From a virus (lineage: Duplodnaviria; Heunggongvirae; Uroviricota; Caudoviricetes), in IMG/VR virus record IMGVR_UViG_2529292720_000015: a stretch of DNA of 38,578 nucleotides; one strand, 5' to 3'. Of the stretch, positions 1 to 9,495 are shown piece by piece (the stretch's first letter is position 1; each line of letters begins with the position of its first letter). The notes under the pieces are model-generated. The model did no database searches. It was not told the DNA's origin and was given only the letters and a program-made list of their open reading frames with translations. Position numbers and translations under genes: made by a program.

Positions 1-138
1 GAGCGCGGCCGCTTCGCCTGGCCGTCAGCCCGGGATGGCAAAGTGTTCCTCACACCGGCACAGCTGGCGATGCTCCTTGAAGGTATCGACTGGCGGCAGC
101 CTAAAAGACTGCTTACGTCCCTGACTATGTTGTAAGCC
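1..138 (+). CDS. tnpB: IS66-family accessory protein TnpB (C-terminal fragment, 5' end outside window)
   Basis: Frame 1 translates to ...[41 protein letters not shown], which matches the conserved C-terminus of IS66 Orf2/TnpB proteins from memory. It lies 45 bp upstream of the transposase gene. Confidence 0.7.
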
Positions 139-183
139 TCTTTATCCTGGTCGACGCTGAATGAGCCTGGTAATATACCCGGT

Positions 184-1722
184 ATGAGCAGCTCACTTCC
201 TGACGGTATCAATGCGCTGAAACGTCTCCTTGCCGAACAGGAGGCGCTGAACCGTGCCCTGCTGGAAAAGCTGAACGAGCGTGAACGCGAAATAGACCAT
301 CTGCAGGCACAGCTGGATAAGCTGCGCCGGATGAACTTCGGCAGCCGCTCCGAAAAAGTCTCCCGTCGTATCGCACAGATGGAAGCTGACCTGAAGGCAC
401 TTCAGAAAGAAAGTGATACCCTTACCGGTCGGGTTGACGACCCGGCCGTGCAGCGCCCGCTGCGTCAAACCCGCACCCGCAAACCGTTCCCCGAATCACT
501 CCCCCGCGATGAAAAACGGCTGCTGCCGGCAGCGTCATGCTGCCCGGAATGTGGAGGCTCACTGAGCTATCTGGGTGAGGATGCCGCCGAACAGCTGGAG
601 TTGATGCGCAGCGTCTTCCGGGTTATCCGGACTGTACGTGAAAAGCATGCCTGTACTCAGTGCGATGCCATCGTGCAGGCCCCCGCGCCTTCACGGCCCA
701 TCGAGCGGGGTATCGCAGGACCGGGGCTGCTGGCCCGCGTGCTGATCTCAAAGTATGCAGAGCACACCCCGCTGTACCGCCAGTCTGAAATGTACGGCCG
801 CCAGGGCGTGGAGCTGAGTCGTTCACTGCTGTCGGGCTGGGTGGATGCATGCTGCCGGCTACTGTCACCGCTGGAAGAAGCGCTTCAGGACTATGTGCTG
901 ACTGACGGTAAGCTCCATGCTGATGACACGCCTGTCCCGGTGCTGTTGCCAGGCAATAAGAAAACGAAGACCGGGCGGTTATGGACCTACGTTCGTGACG
1001 ACCGTAACGCCGGGTCAACGCTGGCGCCGGCGGTGTGGTTCGCTTACAGCCCGGACAGAAAAGGCATCCATCCGCAGACCCATCTTGCGGGGTTCAGTGG
1101 TGTACTGCAGGCGGATGCATACGCCGGGTTCAACGAGCTGTACCGGGATGGCCGGATAACGGAAGCCGCCTGTTGGGCTCACGCCCGCCGTAAAATCCAC
1201 GATGTGCACGTTCGCACCCCGTCAGCCCTGACGGAGGAAGCGCTGAAACGGATCGGCGAACTGTACGCCATCGAGGCAGAGATAAGGGGAATGACGGCGG
1301 AGCAGCGCCTTGCCGAACGTCAGTTGAAAACGAAACCGCTGCTGAAATCCCTGGAAAGCTGGCTGCGTGAAAAGATGAAAACCCTGTCGCGACACTCAGA
1401 ACTGGCGAAAGCGTTCGCATACGCCCTGAACCAGTGGCCGGCGCTGACGTACTATGCAGATGATGGCTGGGCTGAGGCGGACAATAACATCGCTGAAAAT
1501 GCGTTGCGGATGGTCAGTCTGGGCCGCAAAAACTACCTGTTCTTCGGTTCGGATCATGGAGGAGAGCGGGGAGCGCTGCTGTACAGCCTGATCGGGACGT
1601 GCAAACTGAACGGAGTGGAGCCAGAAAGCTACCTCCGCTATGTCCTTGACGTCATAGCCGACTGGCCGATAAACCGGGTCGGCGAACTGCTCCCCTGGCG
1701 CGTAGCACTGCCGACTGAATAA
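184..1722 (+). CDS. tnpC: IS66-family transposase (TnpC)
   Basis: 512-aa ORF with an N-terminal coiled-coil/leucine-zipper region, a Cys-rich CPECGG...CTQCD zinc-finger-like segment and a long catalytic region, typical of IS66 TnpC. Position after the TnpB-like fragment fits. Confidence 0.9.
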   Translation: MSSSLPDGINALKRLLAEQEALNRALLEKLNEREREIDHLQAQLDKLRRMNFGSRSEKVSRRIAQMEADLKALQKESDTLTGRVDDPAVQRPLRQTRTRKPFPESLPRDEKRLLPAASCCPECGGSLSYLGEDAAEQLELMRSVFRVIRTVREKHACTQCDAIVQAPAPSRPIERGIAGPGLLARVLISKYAEHTPLYRQSEMYGRQGVELSRSLLSGWVDACCRLLSPLEEALQDYVLTDGKLHADDTPVPVLLPGNKKTKTGRLWTYVRDDRNAGSTLAPAVWFAYSPDRKGIHPQTHLAGFSGVLQADAYAGFNELYRDGRITEAACWAHARRKIHDVHVRTPSALTEEALKRIGELYAIEAEIRGMTAEQRLAERQLKTKPLLKSLESWLREKMKTLSRHSELAKAFAYALNQWPALTYYADDGWAEADNNIAENALRMVSLGRKNYLFFGSDHGGERGALLYSLIGTCKLNGVEPESYLRYVLDVIADWPINRVGELLPWRVALPTE

Positions 1723-1738
1723 CACATCCCCGTCAATA

Positions 1739-1759
1739 CGGTTCTTGCTGCACGCTTAC
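1739..1759 (-). repeat. putative IS66 right terminal inverted repeat
   Basis: Reverse complement reads GTAAGCGTGCAGCAAGAACCG. The TAA inside GTAAGCG supplies the stop codon of the incoming minus-strand baseplate ORF. Confidence 0.5.
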
Positions 1760-2664
1760 GCATAAACAGGTACATCACTGGAACGCGAGAATTTGATTAC
1801 ATGGGGATTGCCGTATTTATCCGGAACCGTAACGGATGTTGTACCGTGAGTGGCTGTCCCCTGGCCTTTATTCCCTCTGATAGCCTGAGCAATATCCGTC
1901 ACATCACCGCCATCCACAATTACAGCAACAGAGTGTGGCGGTAACCCGTTACCGTCCTCCGAACCAGTATCGTTTTCATAGAGTTTGTGGCGGGTTACAC
2001 CGGTAACATTAGAAACAGCACCATCCAGTGCTTCAAATGGGGTTATTGATGGCAACGCAACACTTTGCGACTGGCGGATACGTAACTCAGCATCAGTTTC
2101 TGCCGGAGAGCCAACAGTAGCCGCAGCAGGATTAGTTACCGAAACCCAGCCACGGGTTGGCGTATTAATTTCAGTGATAGTTCCAGCCAGCGCCGCCACT
2201 GCACCACTGACGGAACATGTTGCGGTCGCCATCACTGTACCATCCACGCCGACCACCACTGAAGCAGGCAAACGCCATATCACATTATTACTGTCTTTCA
2301 CGCTGCCATTAATGATGGTTGTTCCGGCAGTTCCTGTAAGAAGCAAATCAACCGTAGAGTTCGTCGCGCCTTTACGTGAAATACCATTTATTTTCACGTT
2401 ACTGGTCAGTGCAGCCCCATAGCCGGTTGCCGGTGAAAAACAGTTGTAGACAGTTATCGCCATATTATTGGCATCATGAATCGCCAGCGCCATCAGAGCC
2501 ACCATCTGGCCGTCTTTGCTGTCCGGTTCGAGGTAGGCATCACTGCCATAAATCTGCTGAAAATAGCTAATCAGGGTGCTGAGTATCGTCTGATAATCAG
2601 GCGCACTGATCCCCTCCGCGGTTACCTTTGCAGATAAACCGAGAGAATCAAGGTTCAGAGCCAT
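1756..2664 (-). CDS. baseplate J-like protein (Mu gp47 / P2 gpJ-like), 3' end interrupted by the IS66 insertion
   Basis: 302-aa ORF, last in the minus-strand baseplate cluster. Its reading frame runs uninterrupted to the IS boundary and stops on the TAA within the IS terminal GTAAGCG. The family assignment is by position and composition only. Confidence 0.5.
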   Translation of the reverse strand: MALNLDSLGLSAKVTAEGISAPDYQTILSTLISYFQQIYGSDAYLEPDSKDGQMVALMALAIHDANNMAITVYNCFSPATGYGAALTSNVKINGISRKGATNSTVDLLLTGTAGTTIINGSVKDSNNVIWRLPASVVVGVDGTVMATATCSVSGAVAALAGTITEINTPTRGWVSVTNPAAATVGSPAETDAELRIRQSQSVALPSITPFEALDGAVSNVTGVTRHKLYENDTGSEDGNGLPPHSVAVIVDGGDVTDIAQAIRGNKGQGTATHGTTSVTVPDKYGNPHVIKFSRSSDVPVYA

Positions 2665-3017
2665 TACGCCTCCGATGTAACAGTCGTTATTCCATAGAGA
2701 GTGTCGATTTCAGCGGAAAACATGACACGTCGGGTCGTGGTATCCACCGTCGTATTGAAAGAGAGGATTGATTTAACGCCCTGCGTTTCGAGGATGCGCT
2801 TACGGATCGCCAGGTTGTAAGTTTCTGGTTTTTGCCTGCCCAGCACGGACTGGATCCACGGTGTTCCCTCTGTGGTATCAAGAAACCATTGCCCATACCA
2901 CAATTCGAATCGCGTTTTCACAGCCTGCGCTACGGCCTCAGGCGAGTTAATCAGCCAGGTGTCATCACCGCTGCCAAAGGTGTAATCGCCATCGGCGTCT
3001 TCACGTCTGTATCGCAT
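2664..3017 (-). CDS. baseplate protein (gpW/gp25-like position), putative
   Basis: 117-aa ORF with start/stop overlap to both neighbours in the baseplate cluster. Assigned by synteny only. Confidence 0.4.
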   Translation of the reverse strand: MRYRREDADGDYTFGSGDDTWLINSPEAVAQAVKTRFELWYGQWFLDTTEGTPWIQSVLGRQKPETYNLAIRKRILETQGVKSILSFNTTVDTTTRRVMFSAEIDTLYGITTVTSEA

Positions 3018-3769
3018 CAGTTTACCCCGTCGGTACTGCTTCCACCACGCTGAACACCACCATGAGTGTGTGTATCATCGATTGGCTTGCCATTAGCCTT
3101 CACGCTCCCCAAAAACTCAACAGCACCAGTGATTTTTGAAGCCACACCAGAAACCACAGACCCCACCATGCCCCCCATCCAGGTTAACAGGCCATGAATG
3201 GTTACTTTCTCAGAAAAATCAGCCAGAGGGGCAACCACATCAAGACCACCTGGAGCGACAATTTTAATTTTCCTGGTATCAGGATTAAGCTCAAAATAGG
3301 TGCTGCCGTCATCACTACGCAACTGTGTGGCACTGGTATTAATACCGCTAATCTTCCTTGCCTGCGACTGGGGACCGACAATACAAAACGCATCCGATAA
3401 ATCATGCATTCTGTCATCGACCGACTCCTGTATCCCGCCACTCTGCCACCAGAAATCAATACAACGATCGGCAAAAATCACCAAACATTCATCACCGGCT
3501 TTAACTGGGAACGTTAGCGTACATCCTCCGCCGCGCGGGAATACCACTGGCACATCCACCAGCAATGGGTAATTTTTGGTAATGCGGTTGCCGTCATTAT
3601 CCTTTTCAACCGAACGGATAGCAGGCTGCACAACTGCCGTCACCGCATCAGGATCGAATGACTGAATAATGCCAGGCAAGGCGACACGGATCTGGTTCTT
3701 TGTTGTTTCCCGCTCGGACTTGAATGTTTCGGCAAGGTCACCGCTACGAGTCTGGTCTGATATGGCCAT
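3017..3769 (-). CDS. baseplate assembly/spike protein (gpV-like), putative
   Basis: The ORF track gives 3017..3802, but that start is a TTG inside a terminator hairpin. The ATG at 3769..3767 is preceded by GGAG with 8-nt spacing, giving a 250-aa product beginning MAISDQ. Confidence 0.5.
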   Translation of the reverse strand: MAISDQTRSGDLAETFKSERETTKNQIRVALPGIIQSFDPDAVTAVVQPAIRSVEKDNDGNRITKNYPLLVDVPVVFPRGGGCTLTFPVKAGDECLVIFADRCIDFWWQSGGIQESVDDRMHDLSDAFCIVGPQSQARKISGINTSATQLRSDDGSTYFELNPDTRKIKIVAPGGLDVVAPLADFSEKVTIHGLLTWMGGMVGSVVSGVASKITGAVEFLGSVKANGKPIDDTHTHGGVQRGGSSTDGVN

Positions 3770-3782
3770 TTGATAAACTCCT

Positions 3783-3811
3783 GAAAACAAAAAACCCGCC
3801 AAGTGGCGGGT
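3783..3811 (-). terminator. intrinsic terminator downstream of the tail-module moron
   Basis: On the minus strand, a 7-bp stem (A-CCCGCC / GGCGGG-T) with a 4-nt loop is followed by TTTTTGTTTT. Confidence 0.6.
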
Positions 3812-3830
3812 CTACAGGAACAACTCTAAG

Positions 3831-4001
3831 TTTATTTTTTCTGTTTAAAATTGTCCAACTCAGGTTCTTTAACGCTTTCTGTCATGTAATCCAATCCATC
3901 AAAAGGTACTTCAAGCATTATACTGCTTTCATAATCAGCCATGGATTGCTCTGCTTGCGTTGGCTTACTTTGCTGTGAGTTGTCATTATTTGATGTTGTC
4001 A
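3831..4001 (-). CDS. small acidic hypothetical protein (56 aa), third gene of the tail-module moron
   Basis: ATG at 4001 sits 4 nt after the stop of the upstream membrane-protein gene. Product MTTSNNDNSQQSKPTQAEQSMADYESSIMLEVPFDGLDYMTESVKEPELDNFKQKK. It is below the ORF-track length cutoff and has only a weak SD. Confidence 0.35.
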
Positions 4002-4005
4002 TCAA

Positions 4006-4560
4006 CTATGCCTTATTTATCAAAAGAAAAGTAACCGATAATATGAAAAAACCGAAAGATAACGCAATTCCTTCAAAAAGATAACGAGCATAAACTGCCT
4101 TTTCTTTATGAAGACTTTCGATCAATTCAACAGCTTTACCATACTGAAACATATGGTATCTAAGCGTTTTAATTTTATCACCGTAAAGTAAAAAATCATG
4201 CTCTTCTTTTCGCTTATGAATAGGCATTTTTGGTATATCTTTCAGTCCCCAAGTACGCCATAGGAAAAAAAAGCACATAACAATACAAACAAAGCACAGA
4301 TATGCACAAAGTATAGATAATGTTAAAAACCAATTACTCTTTAGCCCACTTTTGAAATCAACAGTCCCAAATACAGCCAGTAGAGCAGAGGTTTCTACAG
4401 CTAAAATAGCAAGAAGGTAGTTAACTTTGTCCTCAAGACGACGATATGTTGATTTTGCTTCCTCATATCTATCTTTATAATATGACGAAATAAAATCAGC
4501 GCCTATAGTCTCAATTGCCTTTTGTTCTTCTGTTGTATCTATTGGCGAACGCTTGCTCAT
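4006..4560 (-). CDS. hypothetical inner-membrane protein (about 3 TM helices), moron
   Basis: 184-aa ORF in a low-GC segment. It has a hydrophilic N-terminal region of about 45 aa and three hydrophobic helices (LLAILAVETSALLAVFG, WFLTLSILCAYLCFVCIVMCFFFLW, IALSFGFFILSVTFLLI). Its start is 7 nt after the upstream stop. Confidence 0.6.
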   Translation of the reverse strand: MSKRSPIDTTEEQKAIETIGADFISSYYKDRYEEAKSTYRRLEDKVNYLLAILAVETSALLAVFGTVDFKSGLKSNWFLTLSILCAYLCFVCIVMCFFFLWRTWGLKDIPKMPIHKRKEEHDFLLYGDKIKTLRYHMFQYGKAVELIESLHKEKAVYARYLFEGIALSFGFFILSVTFLLINKA

Positions 4561-4567
4561 TTCTTAA

Positions 4568-4915
4568 TCAACCAACAACTTTCTTACACGGGAAAGAGCC
4601 AATAATTTTCGGAGCATCCATGCTGTTCTGCAACAACTGGACGTTCAGGAAACGCGTTTTAGTGCCCGGTCGATGGATATACTCGAACCCATAATTGTTG
4701 CCATCTTTGGCAGGCATCAGCTCCATTTTGATCTGCATGCCTGTACCGTCTTTACCCAACATTTTTACTTTTTGGGATGTTACTGTTTCGCCATTGATTT
4801 TAAATAATGAGTCAGGGATCGCATCCATACGAAAGTTGCCGCATTGCATCGTTATGGTGTTTGCACTTACACCAACAGACACTAACGCCAGCAATGAAAA
4901 TATCCATCGTTTCAT
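4568..4915 (-). CDS. hypothetical secreted/periplasmic protein with signal peptide, moron
   Basis: The ORF track gives 4568..4996. The likely start is the ATG at 4915 (MKRWIFSLLALVSVGVSA-NT..., a signal peptide with an AXA-like cleavage site), preceded by GAGG; the upstream gene's TAG stop lies 2 nt before it. There are two Cys in the mature part. Confidence 0.55.
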   Translation of the reverse strand: MKRWIFSLLALVSVGVSANTITMQCGNFRMDAIPDSLFKINGETVTSQKVKMLGKDGTGMQIKMELMPAKDGNNYGFEYIHRPGTKTRFLNVQLLQNSMDAPKIIGSFPCKKVVG

Positions 4916-4917
4916 TT

Positions 4918-5982
4918 CTATAATCCTCTCTGCAAAGCAGTGCTGGATGGCATATCCTGCGCACCGCGCGCTTCGCACATCATATCCATGTACCACGCCT
5001 GGCCCCTTGTGTCGCCAGTGTACATAATCCCGCGCACAATATAAACGCCATCCGTTGCGATGCTGGCAGGCTGCGATGTGGTGCCGCTTAGCGTGATATT
5101 TCCATCCGTGTTCTGGTCGGTGATCTGACCACCAGCCATCGCAATATCGTTGTTCGACAACGCGGTACGATACACTGAAGCCTGATCCAGCTGAATGAGT
5201 CCGTTAACCCAGATGTTCGGATTAATAAGCGCGCGGACGTTTACGCCGTTACCGATAGTCTGCTGCGGCATGCCAATAAGCCCGGTAGCGCTGTTGAGCA
5301 CAATCGCTTCATGAACATATTCGTTATTCGCCACCATCTGGCGCTGACCATCCACGAATTGCCATGTTGCGCCACATTGCCCGGCTACGTTATCCATTAG
5401 ATGCCGCGTCATGCCAAAGAGCACCCGCCCCCGGGGGAATACAGTAGCAGGCATTTCAGGCGTCAGGCCTTCGGTCGCACCTTTGGCTTCGAAGTCTTTC
5501 ATCAGCGCACGGTTCACATCAGCGACCGTGTAACCGGCAGCCAGCGTCTGTGAGGTTATACTGGTGGCAAAAGCCAGATCAGTATCTGCTGCCTGAATCA
5601 GGACGTAGGAATCAACCGGACTGTCTTTTCCTGTGACCGAGTAGCGAATTTCACCGCTGAAAATCAGTCCGTAGTTGCGGCCATCTCTCTGGCCCACGTC
5701 CGCCGCGTCAACTTCCCGCACGGTCCCTACGTCGCTTGCTGACACCTCCGGCGCGATACCGTCGTAACCGGCAATCAGACGCACTTTCGAAAATTCCTGC
5801 CCGGTGATTCGGTTCACAGTATCTGCCGAGAGGTTATAAATTTTGATAGTCCCTACCCGGGACGCGCTGCTGATGTTGAACCAGTCGATCGTAAAGGTGA
5901 CTTTGAAATCACTTAGCTCAATTCCCTGACCGTTCCCGTCCACAAGCTGCAGCTCGAAATGTCTCATCCAGTTCTGTGACAT
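4918..5982 (-). CDS. phage tail/baseplate protein (hub, Mu P / late control D-like), putative
   Basis: 354-aa ORF in the tail cluster downstream of the tape measure. Assigned by position and size. Confidence 0.45.
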   Translation of the reverse strand: MSQNWMRHFELQLVDGNGQGIELSDFKVTFTIDWFNISSASRVGTIKIYNLSADTVNRITGQEFSKVRLIAGYDGIAPEVSASDVGTVREVDAADVGQRDGRNYGLIFSGEIRYSVTGKDSPVDSYVLIQAADTDLAFATSITSQTLAAGYTVADVNRALMKDFEAKGATEGLTPEMPATVFPRGRVLFGMTRHLMDNVAGQCGATWQFVDGQRQMVANNEYVHEAIVLNSATGLIGMPQQTIGNGVNVRALINPNIWVNGLIQLDQASVYRTALSNNDIAMAGGQITDQNTDGNITLSGTTSQPASIATDGVYIVRGIMYTGDTRGQAWYMDMMCEARGAQDMPSSTALQRGL

Positions 5983-5984
5983 GC

Positions 5985-6287
5985 TTACTCCGTTGATACC
6001 AGTAAATGACTGAGGCCGCCCAGATCAGTTTTCGTGGGATAATCCTGTGTGTTGTCATCGCAGACCACCACCAGCTTAAAACCAAGTCCCATACAGGCGT
6101 ACTGCGCCAGCAGGTCAGCACCAGTGACGAGAGGAATACCGGAGATTACCGGCTCCCCTCTGTCGTTCTGCAGGTCCATAATCCAGTACAGATCGCGCCA
6201 TATGATGCTAATCCGCCAGGTAACACCACCCAGGACGATGCTGAACTGCTGGTTGTCCGCTGTCAGCGGAATTTCCTGAATTGTCAT
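5985..6287 (-). CDS. phage tail protein, hypothetical
   Basis: 100-aa ORF tightly packed in the tail operon. Confidence 0.4.
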   Translation of the reverse strand: MTIQEIPLTADNQQFSIVLGGVTWRISIIWRDLYWIMDLQNDRGEPVISGIPLVTGADLLAQYACMGLGFKLVVVCDDNTQDYPTKTDLGGLSHLLVSTE

Positions 6288-6874
6288 TAGCCGCCCCCCA
6301 GTAATGACGCCACGTTACCCGTGATGCTTTTCAGCAGTGAAGTATCTGGAGGCTTGGTGGTTTTGTTGCCGCTGTTCTGTACCGCCGACGTGCTGGCCCC
6401 TTCCTTCATGTTGGTTTTATCCGCGACGGTAATCTGCTGCGTCCGGGAGATAAGGACCTCCCTCAGGGTGAGGACGGCGGACAGGACGTTTTCGGTTGTC
6501 TTGTCCGTCGTCACTTCCAGCGCCCGGATCAACATGTTGCTGTACAGTCGTTTACCGGTTACCACATCGAAGGGGATACGGCTTTCCTGCAGATCCAGTA
6601 GCTCCTGATACGTCTGCTGAGGACTCAGGCCGAGCAGGCTGGTAGCCGTCAGATTACTGGCAAAATCCAGCAATGCGCCGCCACCGGCGAAACCAACCTC
6701 CATCACCACTTCTGACGGTTTTTTATAGGCATGATCAGCGACAGCGGCCCCAACCTCTACCGGATGCTCTGTTATTTCAAGCATATCTGTATGCTTCTCT
6801 GAAATAACAACACTGGGAACAATCATTCCTATTTTTCTGCTCTGCTGATGAAAAAGTGTAGAGAGAATATCCAC
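6287..6874 (-). CDS. phage tail protein, hypothetical
   Basis: 195-aa ORF with start/stop overlap to the tape measure gene. Confidence 0.4.
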   Translation of the reverse strand: MDILSTLFHQQSRKIGMIVPSVVISEKHTDMLEITEHPVEVGAAVADHAYKKPSEVVMEVGFAGGGALLDFASNLTATSLLGLSPQQTYQELLDLQESRIPFDVVTGKRLYSNMLIRALEVTTDKTTENVLSAVLTLREVLISRTQQITVADKTNMKEGASTSAVQNSGNKTTKPPDTSLLKSITGNVASLLGGG

Positions 6875-8883
6875 TAACCCACCCTCACCTGATTACTTCG
6901 CATGACCTGAGCATTTGCAGACTGTTGCCGACGTGCAACCTCATTACCGACAGCGTGCGGATCTCCACCACCGTAAATGTGGTAGGTATTTTGCTGGTTA
7001 ACCTCTGTCATTTTGCCACTAATTCCCGCCACGGCAGCCTTATTAATCAGCTCTCGAGAATAGATATTTCTTCCATTCTCATGCTGGATAATGCTGCTCA
7101 TCAATGCTGACATGGTTTGCGGATCGCTCATATTCAGGGCAGCCCGGGGATCCACTCCCAGTCGTTGCGATACAGCCCTGATATACGCAGTTGTGTTGTT
7201 ATTATCAGACGCAGGTGCCCAAGTAGAGATAATTTTCTCCACACTGTTTATTCCCCGTCCGGCGTACAGCATTAACTGACGAGCAAGAGCCCGTAATCCA
7301 TCAAAAGCAGTTTCAAATCTGGCAAATCGCCCGCCCGGGCGTTCAAGAGAAGCCCCTGCCTGACCAGCAAAATTAAGGTTTCCCGGATTGTTATTCCGTT
7401 CTCCTCGTTTCGTAGCCTGTGCATATTGTTCCGGCTCATCATCACCAAACCAGCCGCGTACCGTCCGGCCCACACTGCGGGGATCGAATCCCCAGTGCTC
7501 TTTAATCCAGTCGGCTGTACTGTTAGCGCTGTCTGTAACCATCGGCATCGCTGACGGATTTTCGCTGCCCTGATTAAGTATCTGTTTGCCGATGCTGACG
7601 GCATCAGCCCAGCGTCCATCTTTGATAGCGTTAAGCAGGTCGGCAATCATGTTCAGCATTTTGCTGAATTCGCCCATCTGGTCGATGAAGTTGCTGAAAT
7701 CCCACTTCAGGGACCATGATTTGGGGTCAATATTGAGTAGTTTCGCCAGCGCTTTCGCCAGATCGTTAACGGTCGTTTTAAGGTCACGAACCATCTTCAG
7801 CGCGGCATCGACCTCCGGTTTCCACTTGCCCCAGTCAATCAGGCTGTCGCCGCCTTCCTTCCAGGTCTGATAGTCCTCCCACAGGAGGGCAATCCCCGCC
7901 GCCAGCGCGGTAATGAGGCCAACCGGCGACATCCAGAACGTACTGTTCAGAATGCGCAGCGCAATCGTCAGTGCGCCAAACAGCGAGATCAACTCCCGCG
8001 TTTGCTTATCCAGCGATTGCCACCAGGTGATAAGGCCTGATGTCCCCTCAATCAGTCTGAAGAACAGCCGCCCGATGATGTCTCCGATCGCCAGAATGCC
8101 TTTTATGGCTTTCGTCAGGGTCTGCTCGATACGAGGGAAGTTGTCCAGGATATGGCGGCGCAGGGTGTCTAGCGAACCCGCAAGCCCACCCGCAAGATTA
8201 GAGCCGATTTTGTCACGGGCCATGCCTGCCATCGCGCCGAACTCGCGCAGGGAGGTCATGAATTTGTTGGAGCTTCTGGCCGCCTCGTCAGCATTGAAGC
8301 CGATAGCTTTCGCCATTGCGCTGTACTGCCCGGAGAACCCCCCCACACCCCGGCGCATCGCCATAAGGGTATTTTCGTCAATGCCCAGCATCTGCGCATA
8401 CTGGTTAGCCCGGTAATACGGCATGCTGCTGAGCTTCTGGCCGACGCCCGTAAAGATAGCGGCCATGTCGCGCATGTTACCGCTGGCGTCACGGGTCTGT
8501 ACCCCCAGACGATTCAGAAATCCCTCCGCCCCGGGATTATTACGAATAAACCGGGAGAGGTTTTCCAGAGAAGATCGCGCAGCGTCCACGCTGCCGCCAA
8601 CCTGCGAAACCGCATAGCCAATAGACTGAATTCCCTGGACTGTCGCGCCGGTGCGCTGTGACGCCCAGTAAAGATTATCCAGACCGGAGGCGATCTTAGC
8701 CGTGAAGGCCACCACGGACAGCGCGGCTCCTTCAACGGCCAGCGCCATTTTGATGACATTTGCAGTTGTACCGGCGAGGACAGAACCGAACTTTTTCGCT
8801 CCTGCATCATCCACACTGAAGCCAAGCGAGACGAGGAAATCTTTAATAGTTTCAGCGTTCATTATCCTCTCTCCATTTCTCAA
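6874..8883 (-). CDS. tail tape measure protein
   Basis: 669-aa ORF, the longest in the tail module, Ala/Gly-rich with hydrophobic central segments, sited between tube/chaperone and baseplate genes. The true start may be the internal Met at MNAETIKDF (about 8862). Confidence 0.7.
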   Translation of the reverse strand: MRNGERIMNAETIKDFLVSLGFSVDDAGAKKFGSVLAGTTANVIKMALAVEGAALSVVAFTAKIASGLDNLYWASQRTGATVQGIQSIGYAVSQVGGSVDAARSSLENLSRFIRNNPGAEGFLNRLGVQTRDASGNMRDMAAIFTGVGQKLSSMPYYRANQYAQMLGIDENTLMAMRRGVGGFSGQYSAMAKAIGFNADEAARSSNKFMTSLREFGAMAGMARDKIGSNLAGGLAGSLDTLRRHILDNFPRIEQTLTKAIKGILAIGDIIGRLFFRLIEGTSGLITWWQSLDKQTRELISLFGALTIALRILNSTFWMSPVGLITALAAGIALLWEDYQTWKEGGDSLIDWGKWKPEVDAALKMVRDLKTTVNDLAKALAKLLNIDPKSWSLKWDFSNFIDQMGEFSKMLNMIADLLNAIKDGRWADAVSIGKQILNQGSENPSAMPMVTDSANSTADWIKEHWGFDPRSVGRTVRGWFGDDEPEQYAQATKRGERNNNPGNLNFAGQAGASLERPGGRFARFETAFDGLRALARQLMLYAGRGINSVEKIISTWAPASDNNNTTAYIRAVSQRLGVDPRAALNMSDPQTMSALMSSIIQHENGRNIYSRELINKAAVAGISGKMTEVNQQNTYHIYGGGDPHAVGNEVARRQQSANAQVMRSNQVRVG

Positions 8884-9039
8884 TGCGCCGCTGGTTATCC
8901 GCTTTTACCGCCAGATGGTCATTCAAGAGAGCAATGTCGTACAAATCGACAGAGCCATCTTTCAGTGCTGTATAAGGAATTAACCCGGCGTCAACCGGAT
9001 TGAGAAGGTAGGACAGCCCGTCCGGCAGGCTGTTAAACG

Positions 9040-9492
9040 TCAGCCCTGTTGCAGGCTCTGTGTCGTGCTGGTAAGGGGGGTAGGCAAAAAATTTCCCAGT
9101 GAATCGGCGACCCCCCGCGCCACCAGCTGCAGCATGGTTAGCAGGTCGATATCATCGAACATCAGCTGACCGCTGTTGAATACCGGCGTCCATCCGTCCA
9201 TGTGCTTACGTGATACTACGGCCAGGCAAGGATGAATAATCGCGTTGGTATCTTCTTCAGTCAGGGAAGACAGTTCCTCAGCGATACGCGGGAGCATGGT
9301 TTCAAACACCGGTTTTAACTGCTCGAATTTCACGGTGTCGATTTTGCCATCAGCAGGCAAACGGGAGCGAATGCTCCCGAAATCTGACATCATTCCTGCC
9401 AGCACCGGCAGAAGTTTGCGGGTCACTTTCAGCTGGTCAAAAACGCTGAGTTTTGCCACGCGATATTTCACGCCTTTGATTTCGAATTCCAT
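9040..9492 (-). CDS. tail assembly chaperone, putative
   Basis: 150-aa ORF immediately upstream of the tape measure gene. Assigned by synteny. Confidence 0.4.
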   Translation of the reverse strand: MEFEIKGVKYRVAKLSVFDQLKVTRKLLPVLAGMMSDFGSIRSRLPADGKIDTVKFEQLKPVFETMLPRIAEELSSLTEEDTNAIIHPCLAVVSRKHMDGWTPVFNSGQLMFDDIDLLTMLQLVARGVADSLGNFLPTPLTSTTQSLQQG

Positions 9493-9495
9493 GTA

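Larger units (their letters stand above)
1..1759 (+). mobile_element. IS66-family insertion sequence, right-hand portion (left end lies outside the window)
   Basis: Contains the C-terminus of an IS66 TnpB-like ORF and a full TnpC-like transposase. About 37 bp past the tnpC stop the sequence reads cggttcttgctgcacgcttac (reverse complement GTAAGCGTGCAGCAAGAACCG), consistent with the GTAAGCG-type terminal inverted repeat of IS66-family elements as I recall it. The right boundary is inferred, not verified. Confidence 0.75.

Noticed and set aside
193-1725. Several ORFs on both strands inside the IS66 transposase gene (193..468, 623..1018, 917..1159, 1130..1420, 1396..1725)
   Set aside because: They are nested in or antisense to a well-supported 512-aa transposase ORF and have no independent ribosome-binding sites. 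They are GC-rich frame artefacts.
3770-3802. N-terminal extension of the baseplate spike ORF (MAGFLFSGVYQ) in the ORF track
   Set aside because: The proposed start is a TTG inside the loop of the terminator hairpin. The downstream ATG at 3769 has a proper GGAG site.
4006-4560. Three-TM protein in the tail moron considered as a holin
   Set aside because: A complete holin-endolysin-spanin cassette already exists at 20246..21593, and this gene sits in the baseplate cluster beside a secreted protein, so an envelope or exclusion role is more plausible.
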